From: Hormiphora californensis
Taxonomy: Eukaryota; Animalia; Ctenophora
Reading direction: 5' to 3'
DNA length: 64,000 bases
NCBI GenBank assembly: GCA_020137815.1
Contig: CM035350.1
Span: 2,728,001 to 2,792,000 of the forward strand
Shown here: positions 1 through 12,992 of the stretch, piece after piece
Layout of the letters: each line of letters starts with the position of its first letter
Numbering within the stretch: position 1 is the stretch's first letter
The notes under the pieces: generated by a model
Told to the model about the DNA's origin: nothing
Database searches by the model: none
Seen by the model: only the letters and a program-made list of their open reading frames with translations
Program-made: the position numbers and the translations under genes

Positions 1-142
1 GCCCCACCCTTTCTTCTACTAGGAATGAACCCTCTCACAGCCCCACCCTCTACTAGGAATGAACCCTCTCACAGCCCCACCCTCTACTAGGAATGAACCC
101 TCTCACAGCCCCACCCTCTACTAGGAATGAACCCTCTCACAG
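1..142. repeat. 34-bp tandem minisatellite (~4 copies) overlapping the 3' end of the XPC ORF
   Basis: Unit cagccccaccctctactaggaatgaaccctctca repeated; array is cut by the window edge. Confidence 0.9.
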
Positions 143-756
143 CTCCTCCTCACAGCTCTCAACAGGAACGACAAGACCACAGGAACACTTTTGTACCATC
201 TGCCCGGTGACTTTGTCCTTTCTCCGGGATCTAGCAGGAAACACATGGACATGACCTGATCCGCCTTTCTTCTTTCCCTTGCCCTTCTTCCCTTCTCTCC
301 TCCCTCCTCCCCTCCCATGTCGTATCTCGCAATGATCCTCTCTTTGATCAACAGCCCCTTAATCAACATTTTCCAGTTATCCCAGATCCGCTTCTGCCTC
401 TTTTCCTCTACCTTGCAGCCTGGTTCTGACTATGTTCCTGCCACGCAGCCCGAAGGGTCTCCCCGTGTTCCTCTCCAACCACGACCACCCCGCTCGTAAC
501 AGGGACAGCCCTACACCTGGGAAACTCGAAGCCAATAACAGCGTGTGCGGCGTCCATACCAAGCCTGCGGGCCAGGGCGTAACTACCAGGTAGGTCAACA
601 TGAACCGTGCCGATTGGTAACATCCAGGGCTGGTAGAGATCAACATTTCCATACTCATTCCTGGGGACCTTACCATCAACGGCGGTGGGAGGTTGGAACC
701 ATTGGGTCTGCCACTCCCCATAAAGTGGTAAATCCTTCCACTGTGTCCCTGGGTAC
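121..756 (-). CDS. XPC: XPC/Rad4 DNA damage recognition protein, 3' exon (BHD3 and C-terminal helix); 1-nt frameshift near 410-420
   Basis: LYGEWQT..PP...DGKVPRNEYGNVDLYQPWMLP.G..H...A.A.IGFEF is the Rad4 BHD3 signature; continues in another frame as KVEEKRQKRIWDNWKMLIKGLLIKERI; acceptor AG at 758-757; an indel-ridden BHD2-like segment (VYPR.CV...PYK.V) appears at ~775-865. Confidence 0.9.
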
Positions 757-2214
757 CTGTACAAAGGATCATGCTTACAACTTATAGGGTATCATAATGC
801 TTTCAACTGCGACCTCCTTGAGATTAGGGATCTGTTCAGAGTTGCACACACTCTTGGATAACAGGGTGGTTTTTGATCACGTGACTGGTTATCAGCCAAT
901 CAGGGATAAATATTCCTGATTCGGTCGGTTCCTGCTACCAGGCATAAGGACTGAGAGGTAGGGGGACCAGGTGCAACGTTACTAATGACATGAAAAATCC
1001 TGAGAAAACCTAGATCATTGGATAATTATGCAATTATTATACCAAAAACTAATAAAATTAGTCGGTCGAAAGGTGGCCATTATTCAGATTGTCACCTTTG
1101 CAAGCACATCCGGGTAACGATAACAAGTTTTCGCTCATATAGTATCTTTTGTATCTCACGATTTTATTGTGACTGTATATCTATATCTCTAAGAACATGT
1201 CACTATTCGTCTGGTCTATATATTCTGGTCTACCTATCCGCTCGTGATATCTCTCTCTCTCTCAGTCCGAGAGAGCAGGAGAGAGCGAGAGTTAGAGAGA
1301 GAGAAAGCTCATCGATGCGATGAAAGCTAGAGTGCAACGAGCGTTCCATATAGAAGAGCGAGAGAGCGATGCAGATAGAAAGATATTATATATAGATAGA
1401 TATATCTCATCTAGATGATCGAAAAGCTATTATCCTCTTTAATCTTTCTCGCACGCTATTATCTCTCGAACGTTCTCTATCCTCTGTCTCGCACGCATCT
1501 GCTCTCTATATATTGCTCTATCTATCGCCTATATATCTATATATATCTCTATATATCTCTTTCTCGCAAGATATATCTTTCTAGAAGATATGTATCTTCG
1601 CACGATATCTCTTTCTATCTCTCTCTATCATTTCGAGAACGCGCTATCTCTTTATTCGAACGGCTATCTCATCTCTCTACTCTCCTCTCTCTCTTCTTTA
1701 TCTCTTGATGTTCTATTTAGTCTGTCTATCGATATCTCTCTATAGTCTATTTCTCGCAACGCTCTCTCTTCTCGCACGCGATATCGGCTCTCCTCTCTCT
1801 ATCTATCGTCTCTCTATCTCGCTCTCTAACCTCCTCCCTAAACAACGAGTTCACCTGCCTGGTAGCCGGTGGGTGCTCGTTAATAAACCCAACCGGTGTT
1901 TACTAATTCCACACTTTCCAACTCAGCCACTTTATAGTTAGGGGGGTTGGCCGATATTGGCCTTGAATATAAATAGTGGTAAACACACTGACATGGAGGG
2001 GGAGGTCAGAAGGCAACACCGTGGGTAGTTACTAGTTAGGGGTCAACAAAAGTTTACATGTGTTCATGTATCAAGCATTCCTCCCATTCATATACATATT
2101 CGAATATATATATGTAGACACCTTATAATACATACCTCGCTCAAAAACAAAGCATCATATTTCGTTTTGTATGATAAAATAACAGTTGTTTGAAGTCACG
2201 TTATCGTTGGTGTA

Positions 2215-2769
2215 ATGTATCGGGTTGTTGGAGCTGCTGCGGCTGTTGTGGGAGCATTGCTCGTTGGAAATGCTATTACAGAGTGTGTACCTAGTCTTCC
2301 AGATATACAAGCCGTGGAAGAAACAGATCCAATTTTAAACGTTTTATGTCTTACTGAAAAGGCGATTTTCAGCGCCAAGATGTTCTCCCAGGACATCGGC
2401 CCAGAGCAATGGGGCCTAGTAGCGCGAGGATATTACAACAATAAGAAATACTACGTTGTTGCACAGTTTGTGAGCTGTCAGGATGGCCTCTCGGGAAACG
2501 GAAAGGTTGTTGTAAGAGTATTCAACTCTCTGAAAAATGCTGCCCTCTCTCTTATCACCGATGCTAAGTTTTCTCGTGTGAGGATGAAACTGTTGCCCCG
2601 GGACTGGGATAAATTGCCTTTCCAATTTCTTCTATTTGATGCAGATACAGATGGACCTACAGTCCTAGAAAGCATCGAATGCGATGCGTTGGATCCAGAA
2701 ACAATTCAATGGAGCAACATGATGCCGCAAAGTTATCGGCAGTTCCTGTACACGCACTGCACGCAATGA
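2215..2769 (+). CDS. Intronless 184-aa protein of unknown function with hydrophobic N-terminus (signal peptide/anchor-like)
   Basis: ATG-started complex-sequence ORF in AT-rich surroundings; resembles the downstream ORF. Confidence 0.6.
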   Translation: MYRVVGAAAAVVGALLVGNAITECVPSLPDIQAVEETDPILNVLCLTEKAIFSAKMFSQDIGPEQWGLVARGYYNNKKYYVVAQFVSCQDGLSGNGKVVVRVFNSLKNAALSLITDAKFSRVRMKLLPRDWDKLPFQFLLFDADTDGPTVLESIECDALDPETIQWSNMMPQSYRQFLYTHCTQ

Positions 2770-3293
2770 GCACACGCACTGCACGCAATGAGCACAACCT
2801 AGTGGCCAACAACAGCCAACATTACGTTTTGGACTTCTATTGGACCGTGGAGACACTCTATTTAGCACCGGAAACGGATATGATACCGAATCCAGTTGGG
2901 GCCATTAAATTCACAAAGAAAGCAATTTGGGTTTCCCAGGACGCCAGCGGGATGAAGTTTTCGTTCATAGCGTGTACTAGAGACATCAGCACATATTTCA
3001 TAGCACAATTGGACCGGAAGAGCTATGCTGATCCTTGCTTCGAGATATCAGTAAAACTGGTGCCTGAAGGTTCATGGCTAGCTCCAAAGCTAGCAGCTCT
3101 GGAATGTATGGCGACTGTGAGCGGGGCTGTTTGGTGTGAGAAACCGAAGCTAAGTCCAAGGGATTTCTACACGGTCGGGGGGACACAACCGGAGATATTA
3201 AGTGGACCGGACCGTGAGGTGGATCCTCAGTGGTGTGCCTGGGAGGATATTAAGAGGACCGTGACAGCAGAGGAATTGTTTAACTCTGTCTAG
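2766..3293 (+). CDS. Intronless 175-aa protein of unknown function, paralogous to the upstream ORF; its ATG overlaps the upstream TGA (ATGA)
   Basis: ETDMIPNPVGAIKFTKKAIWVSQD...TYFIAQL...DPQWCAW aligns by eye with ETDPILNVLCLTEKAIFSAKMFSQD...YYVVAQF...DPETIQW. Confidence 0.6.
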   Translation: MSTRTARNEHNLVANNSQHYVLDFYWTVETLYLAPETDMIPNPVGAIKFTKKAIWVSQDASGMKFSFIACTRDISTYFIAQLDRKSYADPCFEISVKLVPEGSWLAPKLAALECMATVSGAVWCEKPKLSPRDFYTVGGTQPEILSGPDREVDPQWCAWEDIKRTVTAEELFNSV

Positions 3294-3561
3294 TTGTTAA
3301 AGGATACAGTTCAAGGACTTACTGGTCGTGACCTTGCATATTGTCTTTGGGAGCATAATTGAGCAAAGAACTTGAAATGAGACGCTGTTTTTTGATGATT
3401 TTTATATTGAAAATTTGTCTCTAATTGTCTGAAACTGTAAATGTTTCCTACTAGACACCCTTCTAAATTCTAAACCGTTTGTTTAAAAAAAATATCAGTT
3501 CATTTTTGGTTTGGGTTGCTCTTCAATGAGTTTTCATTTAAGTAATGATGTACTTGGTGCC

Positions 3562-4443
3562 CCTACATCTCAGTTCTTAGTCCTAATCCCAGCTGGGCCC
3601 TCACCCACTGGAGCTCATAACGCCTTCCAACTCAAACAGCTAATAAACACCAGTTGACATGGAATTATTCATAGACACGTTGCGGGAAATTATTATACAC
3701 ACACATGCATTAGTTACTGCGAGTGTTACACTTGTAATTGGCGTGTAATTTATTTCTCTCAAAATCTTCCCATGCCTCTCACGGTCGCTTGTAGTGGGAA
3801 AACGGTAATGGAAAACGAAGATACAGTAAGACGACGCGCAACCGTGACCAATCAGGGCGCTAGTACGTGCTGACACATGAACTTTTTGCCGCGCGTTATG
3901 CACCGTGTGCGTCTCCTTACTGTACTTTCATTACGGTAATTTGACTACAAGCAGCACTGTCTGTCTGTTATAGTGAAACTCAAACTCCTTACGACGTCCG
4001 TAGCAATGACGGTTTGTCTGTGTGTGTGTATACTGTATATCCGTGGTAATAAGTTCGGAGAGATGTGACCTGTTTGTAGAAGTGAGTGCGGGGGATGAAA
4101 GAGATAGAGAATCAGGCATATTTATGCAAGGGTATATCAAATAACCTACAATATTAGGATTTCGGTTTTCTCTGAGGAGTTTAATGTCCTTACTCCCTAC
4201 ATCTCAGTCCTTAGTCCTAATCCCAGGTGGGCCCTCACCCACTGGAGCTCATAACGCCTTCCAACTCAAACAGCTAATAAACACCAGTTGACATGGAATT
4301 ATGCATATAATAGAAACGTTGCGGGAAATTATTATACACACACATGCATTAGTTACTGCAAGTGTTACACTTGTAATTGGCGTGTAATTTATTTCTCTCA
4401 AAATCTCCCCATGCCTCTGTCTGTTATAGTGAAACTCAAAACA
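3562..4443. repeat. Local direct duplication (~250 bp; copies ~3562-3987 and ~4195-4443); the first copy has an interspersed repeat inserted at ~3780-3960
   Basis: ccctacatctcag...cccatgcctct repeated; the insert matches ~47850-47992 in reverse complement. Confidence 0.85.
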
Positions 4444-4988
4444 ATACTGTGGTTTTGTTTGTGTTTCAAAACATAATTGTACTTCCTGTATTCATTCCAC
4501 ATCTCTCAGTCCTCCATAGCTGTACCAAATTACCCCCTGAATGAAATCAACACATCACTCAATTATAACTCAATTATAACTCAATTATAAATATGTTACT
4601 TCCCTCTACTACTCTCTACATCTCATGACTATCTAAAATCGGTACTATACCACTAATGACTGTACATTGTTGCTGCTGTAGTCTGTACGTGGGCTATATC
4701 TCGGGTGTACGGTATAACACACTCTACAAACATGAGACAGATCTCTGAGGCACACACAAACATTGTTACACACGAACCTGTGGCACACACAGCTGATATC
4801 AAACCTACTCACTCGACAAATGCAGCTGCCTTTCTGCTGTACGTGTCCTCCCCACTTACACACATTCGATATGTAGAGATACACGTGATTCACATGCACA
4901 GATAGACTCTTTCAAAGAGTCTCACTAAAATATAATCTAGTGATCAAAGTAATCGCTGCCTGGTCCTACGTCACATTTGGATTATATA

Positions 4989-6073
4989 ATTATACCAAAA
5001 CTAATTAAAATTAGTAGGCCGGAAAGGTTGCCCTATGATTTGAGCTACCTTTGCCACCGTAACATTCACGGGGTACAGATGCATCGTCTATCTTCAAAAG
5101 GGAATGTACCGGTACCAAAGGTAGCTCAAATCATAGGGCAACCTTTCCGGCCTACTAATTTTAATTAGTTTTGGTATAATTTGCATCATTTTTGGGATTT
5201 TTATCCATTTAGATGTAGTAGAACAGGTACGGAGAGGATGGAATCGCGAAATTGAGAAAATTTCATTTTTGACGTCATTTTGACGTCATAAAATGACGTC
5301 ACGACGTTATCACGTCATAATTATGACGTAATATCATCGGGATTACGTAGATGAAGATACTGACCAAGTTTGAGATCGATTGGATAAGATTTGAGTCCGC
5401 TATGGCGAAAAAACCCATATCGTCATATCTATTTTTAAACAGTCATAACACTTCAGACGCGTTTTAAGACCCTTATACATGTAGTTTTGGAAATTCGCTA
5501 TATAGTTTCTGAAAGTTTAGACAATTCTCTTTCCATGATATAGTCTTCGATTTTCGATTAGAATCCGTCTTCAGGGTGTAAATTGAGCTCAAAGAATTTT
5601 GGTCAGAGTCTGAAAAATGACGACGTTCTGTAGGACGTTCCTGGCGATGAAAAGAGACCCCACATCGACTAATGCACACACATCCAGTAGATCTAGCAGC
5701 TGTGAAAACGAGAAGTTTCTATCTCTTTTCGTTTGGCGTGAATATGGTTTATAAAAAGCGTCTCTCCTACGCGCGCGCGTGTGCGCGCGCGCATATGTGT
5801 TACACTGAATCTAGGGCAAATGGGACCTATCTGTAACTTCGGTTCTAGATGAGATAGAGACTTGAAATTTTAAACTTGAGTCAAAGACCCCAAGCCGGGT
5901 ATACATTCCAAATTTGAAGTCTAACGGATGAAAGGGAGCCACGCTATAGCCTTCTGAAATCTGGGTTTTCAGCCAAACACCCATAAAACGTATAACTGCG
6001 TTTCTGGCAGCGCTTTTGCTTGGGGGGGGGGGGGGGAATGGCAACCTTTGCGCTTGCCAGCGCAGTGACTAAC
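4989..6073. mobile_element. Helentron/DINE-1 (HINE)-like non-autonomous repeat; its 5' end occurs twice in inverted orientation at 4989-5180; a partial 5' copy lies at ~1036-1100
   Basis: Starts TTATACC; sub-terminal inverted repeat aaaggttgcc/ggcaaccttt; 3' hairpin tgcgct-tgcc-agcgca at ~6049-6064. Confidence 0.5.
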
Positions 6074-6805
6074 GAGAGACTAAACTATGTAAATTCTTCT
6101 AATTGAACTCGTGCGTCATGTTGTCCCAAATAAACTATCTAAAGAGTGAGATGTTTAGGGTGTTACATTAGTGAGCTGTCGATTACGCAATTATATGCTA
6201 AAAGGTTGGTGACGCAGTCACCCTTACAAGCTAAAATGCTCTCAGCTCTGCCCATTGGTTACATCGCCCCCTATCTCTATCCCTCCTTTTTTTATTTATT
6301 TCTACCCCTCTCCCCCTTTATCTATTGCCCACTCTATTTCCCCTCTATCTCTATCCCTCCTTTTATTTATTATTTATCTATTTTTACGGTTTACCCCTCT
6401 CCCCTTTTATCTAACGCCCGCTCTATCTCCCCTCTATCTCTATCCCTCCTTTTATTTATTATTTATCTATTTTTACCCCCTCTCCCTTTATCTATTCTCT
6501 ATCTCTATCCCTCCTTTTTTATTATTTATCTATTTCTACCTCTGCCCCTCTATCGTTGCTCCTCATATAATCTCAGTATGTGTGTGAGTATGTTTGTTTG
6601 GTTGTGCATTTTTCGTACGTGGCACTGTCAAACAGTCACTGTCTGCATTGTAATGTCTTGGTATATCGATAACTGTATGTAAACAAATCATGGTAGTGTA
6701 GTACTTTTTACCTGTAATAATCACTAAACAATAATCAGGGGGAGAAGATGTGCATGTAACAGTTCGTTAGCCAATATTTGTTTGCTAACCCTGCACTATT
6801 TTCAG

Positions 6806-9800
6806 ATACGAAGACCTTTTGGAGCAGCTGTTGAACTTTTATTACCATGTATCTTCTTGGGGCTTATTGCTCTCACTCGGTAAGATCTATCACTCGACAC
6901 ACACACTCTCTCTCTCTCTCGAGATCCGAGCGATAGCGCGAGATCGTCTCGCTAGCTCTCTCTCTCTCTCTCGTCTCTTTCTCTCCTCTCTGCCGCTATC
7001 GCTCACGCTGCGGCGCCTCTCTTTATTTAGCGAATGAGAACTATCGCCTCTGCTCGCTCGCACCTCTGCTCTCTCTCTCTTCTCTCCTCTCGATCTCTCT
7101 CTCTCTCTTCGCTCTCGCTCTCATCGCTCTAGATCCCTCTCTCTATCTCCCATTACAACATGAAGCTGTTCTACAATGACCGTCTCCAGGAAGTACTCTG
7201 CTAGTAAAACACACACAATGTGTACATATTTTTCTGACAGAGAGGCGTGTGAAGAAGATGAGAGAGAGAGAGAGATGAGAGAGATGAGAGAGAGAGGAGG
7301 GAATGAGGTAAGACGAGGGAGGTGGATGAGAACAGAGACGAGAGAAAAGAGAGTGCGAAGAGGGAGAGAGATAGAGAGATAGGGAGAGAGAGAGAGAGAG
7401 GGCACTATGGAGTGTCCGTAGTATGTGACACTTGGTAGCGGGTAGATTTTGACAGATTGGGGGATGGAAGAACCAAAGATTAATCAAATAGTTGACATCT
7501 TCATTCACCCTATTAGGTTCGCAACGCCACTGACGTATCACTGCTTCTGTGAGTAAAACAAAATCCGTTAAGTTTACCAATTATAAATTAATTCCCTAAA
7601 GTTACACTGTTGTTCATTTTCAGCGTATTTTAATCCATTGGAGTATGGAGCATTCGAATCTAGCTACCCGCAAGTTTCAATGGTCATAATGGCCCCCGAC
7701 AACTCGTTAGGTAACACATAAATAGGGGGAAATGGGTAGTTATAGATTTTATAAATCCGTTCCTCAAGATGAACAATCACCATACAATATAATACATGTG
7801 TATCGTTACAGTGCAAAGTATAGCCTCTGAGATGGTTGAAAGTGAAGATGGTTTGCGTGGTTACAATCTTACAACGTACAGTGATCAAGAAATATCGGAT
7901 TTAATTCGGGATCTCGGTAGTTTTGACCCAACGTGAGTTCAACAATTTTTTAATCGATTTACTTTTTTTACAGAATAAATGACCATAAGTGTTGTCATAG
8001 TAACTAATTCACTTAGCAATGTTCTGCTCATCCCATCTCTCTCCATCCTAGGAATCAGGAAGATATTACTAAGGTGTTAGGTATGGTCGGCAGCGGAGCC
8101 CTAGCTATGAAAACCCTTGCAATAGTTCCGACGGTGGAGAAACTGAAAGAGATCGTGGTCGAAAACTCAGGACTCTTTTCAGCAGGTATTTTTGTTGTGG
8201 TCGGGATTTGTTTGGAGCGCGCAGTGACAATTCTACAAAGGTTGTCGCGCGCGCGTTCGATGATCTTTCACCCTGGTATCTGATGATGAGTGGATCACGT
8301 ACGACATTTCAATTGTCAATGACCGGGACATGAATCCTTGGTAAGTCGGAAGAACCTGTCCGTTCCTCTCATGAGTGTATCATGAGTGTGTCATGAGTGT
8401 ATCATGAGTGTATCATGAGCGCTCATGAGACGTTTTTAGGTGTTTCAACGTCTCATGAGCGCTCATGAGTGTATCATGAGTGTGTCATGAGTGTATCATG
8501 AGCGCTCATGAGTGCTCATGAGACCTTGCTCATGAGCGCTCATGAGACATATGTCTCATCCCATCTCTGTTTCAATGTCTCATGAGCGCTCATGAGACGT
8601 TTTGACCTACATGTGCTCATGAGTGTATCATGAGACATGTCTCATGAGACATATGTCTCATGAGACGTTAGGGTTAGGGTTATGGTTGGGTTTACGGTTG
8701 GGCTAGGGTTAGGGTTATCCTTTAGGTCTAGGGACCCATAGGGATAGGGTTAGGGTTGACTCATAGGCTTGGACCTAGCCCTACCCTCTACGGGTCCCTA
8801 GACCTAAAGGAAAGCCCTAACCCTAGCCCAACCCTAAACCCAACGATAACCCTAACCCTAACGTCTCATGAGACATATGTCTCATGAGACATGTCTCATG
8901 ATACACTCATGAGCACATGTAGGTCAAAACGTCTCATGAGCGCTCATGAGACATTGAAACAGAGATGGGATGAGACATATGTCTCATGAGCGCTCATGAG
9001 CAAGGTCTCATGAGCACTCATGAGCGCTCATGATACACTCATGACACACTCATGATACACTCATGAGCGCTCATGAGACGTTGAAACACCTAAAAACGTC
9101 TCATGAGCGCTCATGATACACTCATGATACACTCATGATACACTCATGATACACTCATGAGCGCTCATGAAAGGAACGTACAGGTTCTTCCGACTTACCG
9201 AATCCTTTGTCAACATTCCTCAGATTTCTAAACTATCGGGTAATTTTCATGGTTAATGGTAAGATCATCTTAACAGTATATTTTCAAAATACACAAATGC
9301 AGGTATTGAATTTGATAATACTGATGGCGACAATATTACGTATACCCTGCGAATGCAGACTTCCTTGGCGAGACGGGGCAGGTGGTACACAGAGCGAGAG
9401 TACCCATACTATTTCGAGCCTGGTCCCACTACATTTAGGTTAGTTTGTGTACCTCCCACCCTCACATGTGCCTCCTTCCCCTAACACAGCGATTGAAATG
9501 GACGTACTAAGTATACAGAATGAGACTGAGAGTTATACCTATACTCTGAGAATGGCCAAGAAAAACAACTTCAACACCCGTCTATTGTACCCGTCTTACT
9601 TTAGTCCGGGCCCGGAGCTTGGGGCGTGAGTTAGCCTGTCTACACCGGCTGCCCCCAATATACGCCTGTCATTGATTTGCATGTCCCACTGATTCTCTGT
9701 CCCACGTGTCTACCCCCCCCCCCCCACTATGATGACAGGGGTTTAATGAAGGATGCAATATGTTAACTTTGATTAAATTGAAGCAGAAGTTGACTAATGT

Positions 9801-12800
9801 GAGAAATAGTATTTAACTTTTCTCTCCCTCCCTTCAGGGGTTATGATCAAGGCTGGGTGGCTTTACAGCAGGTTATTGATAGAAGTATCATGTTGTCCTT
9901 AAACATGCTCGAAACAGACATTCCTGTCATGTCAATTAGGGTAAGGAAACTAGAATTAAACCCTGCTCCCGCCTAAAATGGGTTATTGTTCTCAGTTATG
10001 GGTGCCACAGAAGAGAGTAAAATCACCATTTTACAACAATATACAGTGTATTTACCCCCACTCCCTCCCCTCTCAGCAAATGCCATACCCTGCGTGGACA
10101 GAAGATGGATTTGCTAATGCCATTAGGAACAGTCTTCCTCTCATGTTGGTCATCTCATTCCTCTGGATCGGAGCCTCCATCAGTAAGGTACATACTAATA
10201 ATACTGATATAGTTGTATCAGTAAAGGTATACATATATCAGCTTCAAGCTGAATTCTGACAGTTTACCCATCTATATATGCCGGACCTTGCTCTCAAAAC
10301 TCCACAAAACCAACCACTACATCCTACAGGAGCTGGTGGGAGAGAAAAGTAGTAGAATGAAGGAGACTATGAAGATGATGGGTCTTTCCAACTGGGTTCT
10401 ATGGACTAGCTGGGTGGTACAGCGGTTTGTGCTCATGGCCATTACCGTTCTCCTCATGGTTATCGTGCTAAAAGGGGCCAACTATCTGACCTACACTAAT
10501 GCTGTTATCCTGTATATATTCCTCCTGGAGTATGCAATCTCCCTCATGTGCTTCTGCTTCTTCCTTAGGTAATAACGGAGATTGTTCGCACTCCATGCCT
10601 CTGGTGATAGAAATTGTGTAACCGAACTATTTACTTGAGTTTTCGAAATTGTTATACTTACAGACCACTCTCTTTCACAGTACTCTGTTTTCCAAGACGA
10701 CCACAGCAACAGCAGGAACAATGCTGGGGTCCTTCCTACTTTATGTCCCCTACTTTTTCCTGGGAAACGAGTTTGATACAATGACCAAGTTAGTAAACAC
10801 ATTTTTTTATGAAGGAGCTTTGCATGTTTTTATGAAGGAGCACGCTAGTTGTGATTTTGAAAACAGTATCGTGTTGTCAAACTAAAAACGGTATTCTGTG
10901 CAGTGGTCAGCGGTATAGTTCCTGTATCCTGGCTTCCACGTGTATGGGATATGGTGCTAACATAATTTCAAAATGGGAGACAATGAAGGAAGGCCTCCAG
11001 TTTGATAACGTTGGAAAACAGACCAGTGATCTAGATCTCTTTACTTTTGGAGATGTCATGCTGATGCTTTTCGTTGATATCGTCTTCTACTCCCTCCTTA
11101 CCTGGTAAGACAAGGGCACACTCTCTTTTGCAGCTTGCTCGACCCTATTCTACAAATGTAAAGGAGGGTTGGTTTGGTTTGGATCGCTGAGTCGTCCGGG
11201 TGTAATTGTGGGTCTGTCTGGAGACTTGTATTCAATTTAAAGGAGGGTTGGAACAATGCAAGGACATTCTCCCAGTCAGGGGACGGAACATGTCTTCAAT
11301 CCAACACTATAGCTAGCCAAGAACAGTAACAATTGTTAAATTCAGGTACATAGAAGCAGTGTTCCCCGGAGAATATGGAATTAAGCAGAAACCTTGGTTC
11401 TTTGTAACCCGCAAGTACTGGTTTGGATCAACTCCCAAGAAAATGCAGGTAAGGGCTACCTTAATTTTTCGAGATAATATTTTCTCTACTAATTCCCTCT
11501 ATCTCTCTATCCCTTCCGCGTATCTGACTGTCTATCAGGGCTGCTCTCCCTCTCTTCCTCTATCTCTATCTCTTCCGCGTATCTGACGGTCAATCAGCGA
11601 CCGCTGACCAGCTCATCTAGAGCGTCCAAGAATGCATGGGAAGATACCGCTTGGTACAGGAATTTTGCTAATTATTTACTACTCCTTCCCCATTCATTTA
11701 CTGTTCATGTAAGAATTCCCCTGTTTTACTTTTCTTAAAAACGTGACACCCTGTATAAATTGCTGCATGATTAAGCAGCCCAGTGTGAGCCCTGATATTA
11801 TTATTCTCCGATATCTGTTTCTGTATACAATGTCCTCTACTATATACAATGTACAATGTATACAATTCGTCCTCTTCTTAGGAGATCAGTTCTCGAATAA
11901 GACTTATTAACATTTTGGTATGGCACTAACCGCTCAATTATATATCGATATCAATAATCACAAGCTGCATGTTCTATCTGTTGTGCTGTGTGTTCCTTGT
12001 TGCTATGGCAACCACAATGTAACAGCATCCTCTCTCTTCTTTTCCAAGCTGTTTAACCCATCCCAATTCCTTCCCTTCCCCCCTCTACAGAAACAAAACG
12101 GAACCGTTATAACTAACAACTACTCGGTAAATAGTAATGGGTTTGCTGATTATGAGAAGGTAGACACGCGGAGTTATTTGTGTTTGTGACACGGAGCACG
12201 TGCATGATAACATCATCATGAGTGATATCATTTCAGGGTTTTAATCTTTTTGTGTCCGTGTGATAAACCGTAATCAAGAGTGGTGTATTCTTGAAAGTTT
12301 AACTCTGACTTTGTCTCCTTCTAAGTCTCTATTTCTCTCTCTCCCTCTCTCTCCCTCTCTATTTCTCTCTCTCCCTCTTCTCTCTCCCTCTTCCTGGAAC
12401 ACAACAAAGCACTGCAAATTTTGAAGGGATCAATTAAGTAATTAAAGATGTCATTTAAAACAAACTCAAAACTTTCACCGTATTAGACCAAGTAATAAAT
12501 GAAAGTCCAAGTACACAGTTGTCTCTAATACATTTCATTCTGAAACCTCCTCCCTTCCTCGATGGTAATCATAATCAAAACAGTATCCCTGCTGGGCGTA
12601 GATGCCAATACCAATGCAAATGAGAAGTCCAGCCGATAACCCAATGAATAGGAGGGCCTGTTTTACAATCTGATCAGATCTCTCCAATTTGGCCACCTTA
12701 GCAATCAATTTCACCATCTCAGGATCGTTAGTAAAGGCGTAGAATTTGTCCGCCGTGTCCCTGAGAATCCTTTCAAAGGTGCTGCTGTTGAAACTCGGGG

Positions 12801-12945
12801 AGGGGGTGGCACTGGACATGATGGGGTACTGGTAATGCAAAGTTATTATATCCGGGTGGCAGTCAAACTGAAAATGAGCAAAATATATGAGAGACGAGAG
12901 AGTGAGTTTGTCAGAACGAGTATTGGAGATAGGAAGGCAGCCCGG

Positions 12946-12992
<47 letters not shown>

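Noticed and set aside
408-420. XPC frameshift as pseudogene or programmed frameshift
   Set aside because: The neighbouring 780-1830 sequence is visibly indel-corrupted, so sequencing error is the simplest explanation; needs accurate reads
4645-4905. Cys-rich 84-aa ORF
   Set aside because: Cys/Val richness follows from TG/CA dinucleotide bias; no ATG start or recognisable domain
8665-8862. Telomere fusion site (opposed TTAGGG/CCCTAA tracts)
   Set aside because: Lies at the centre of a TSD-flanked palindromic transposon, which explains the symmetry
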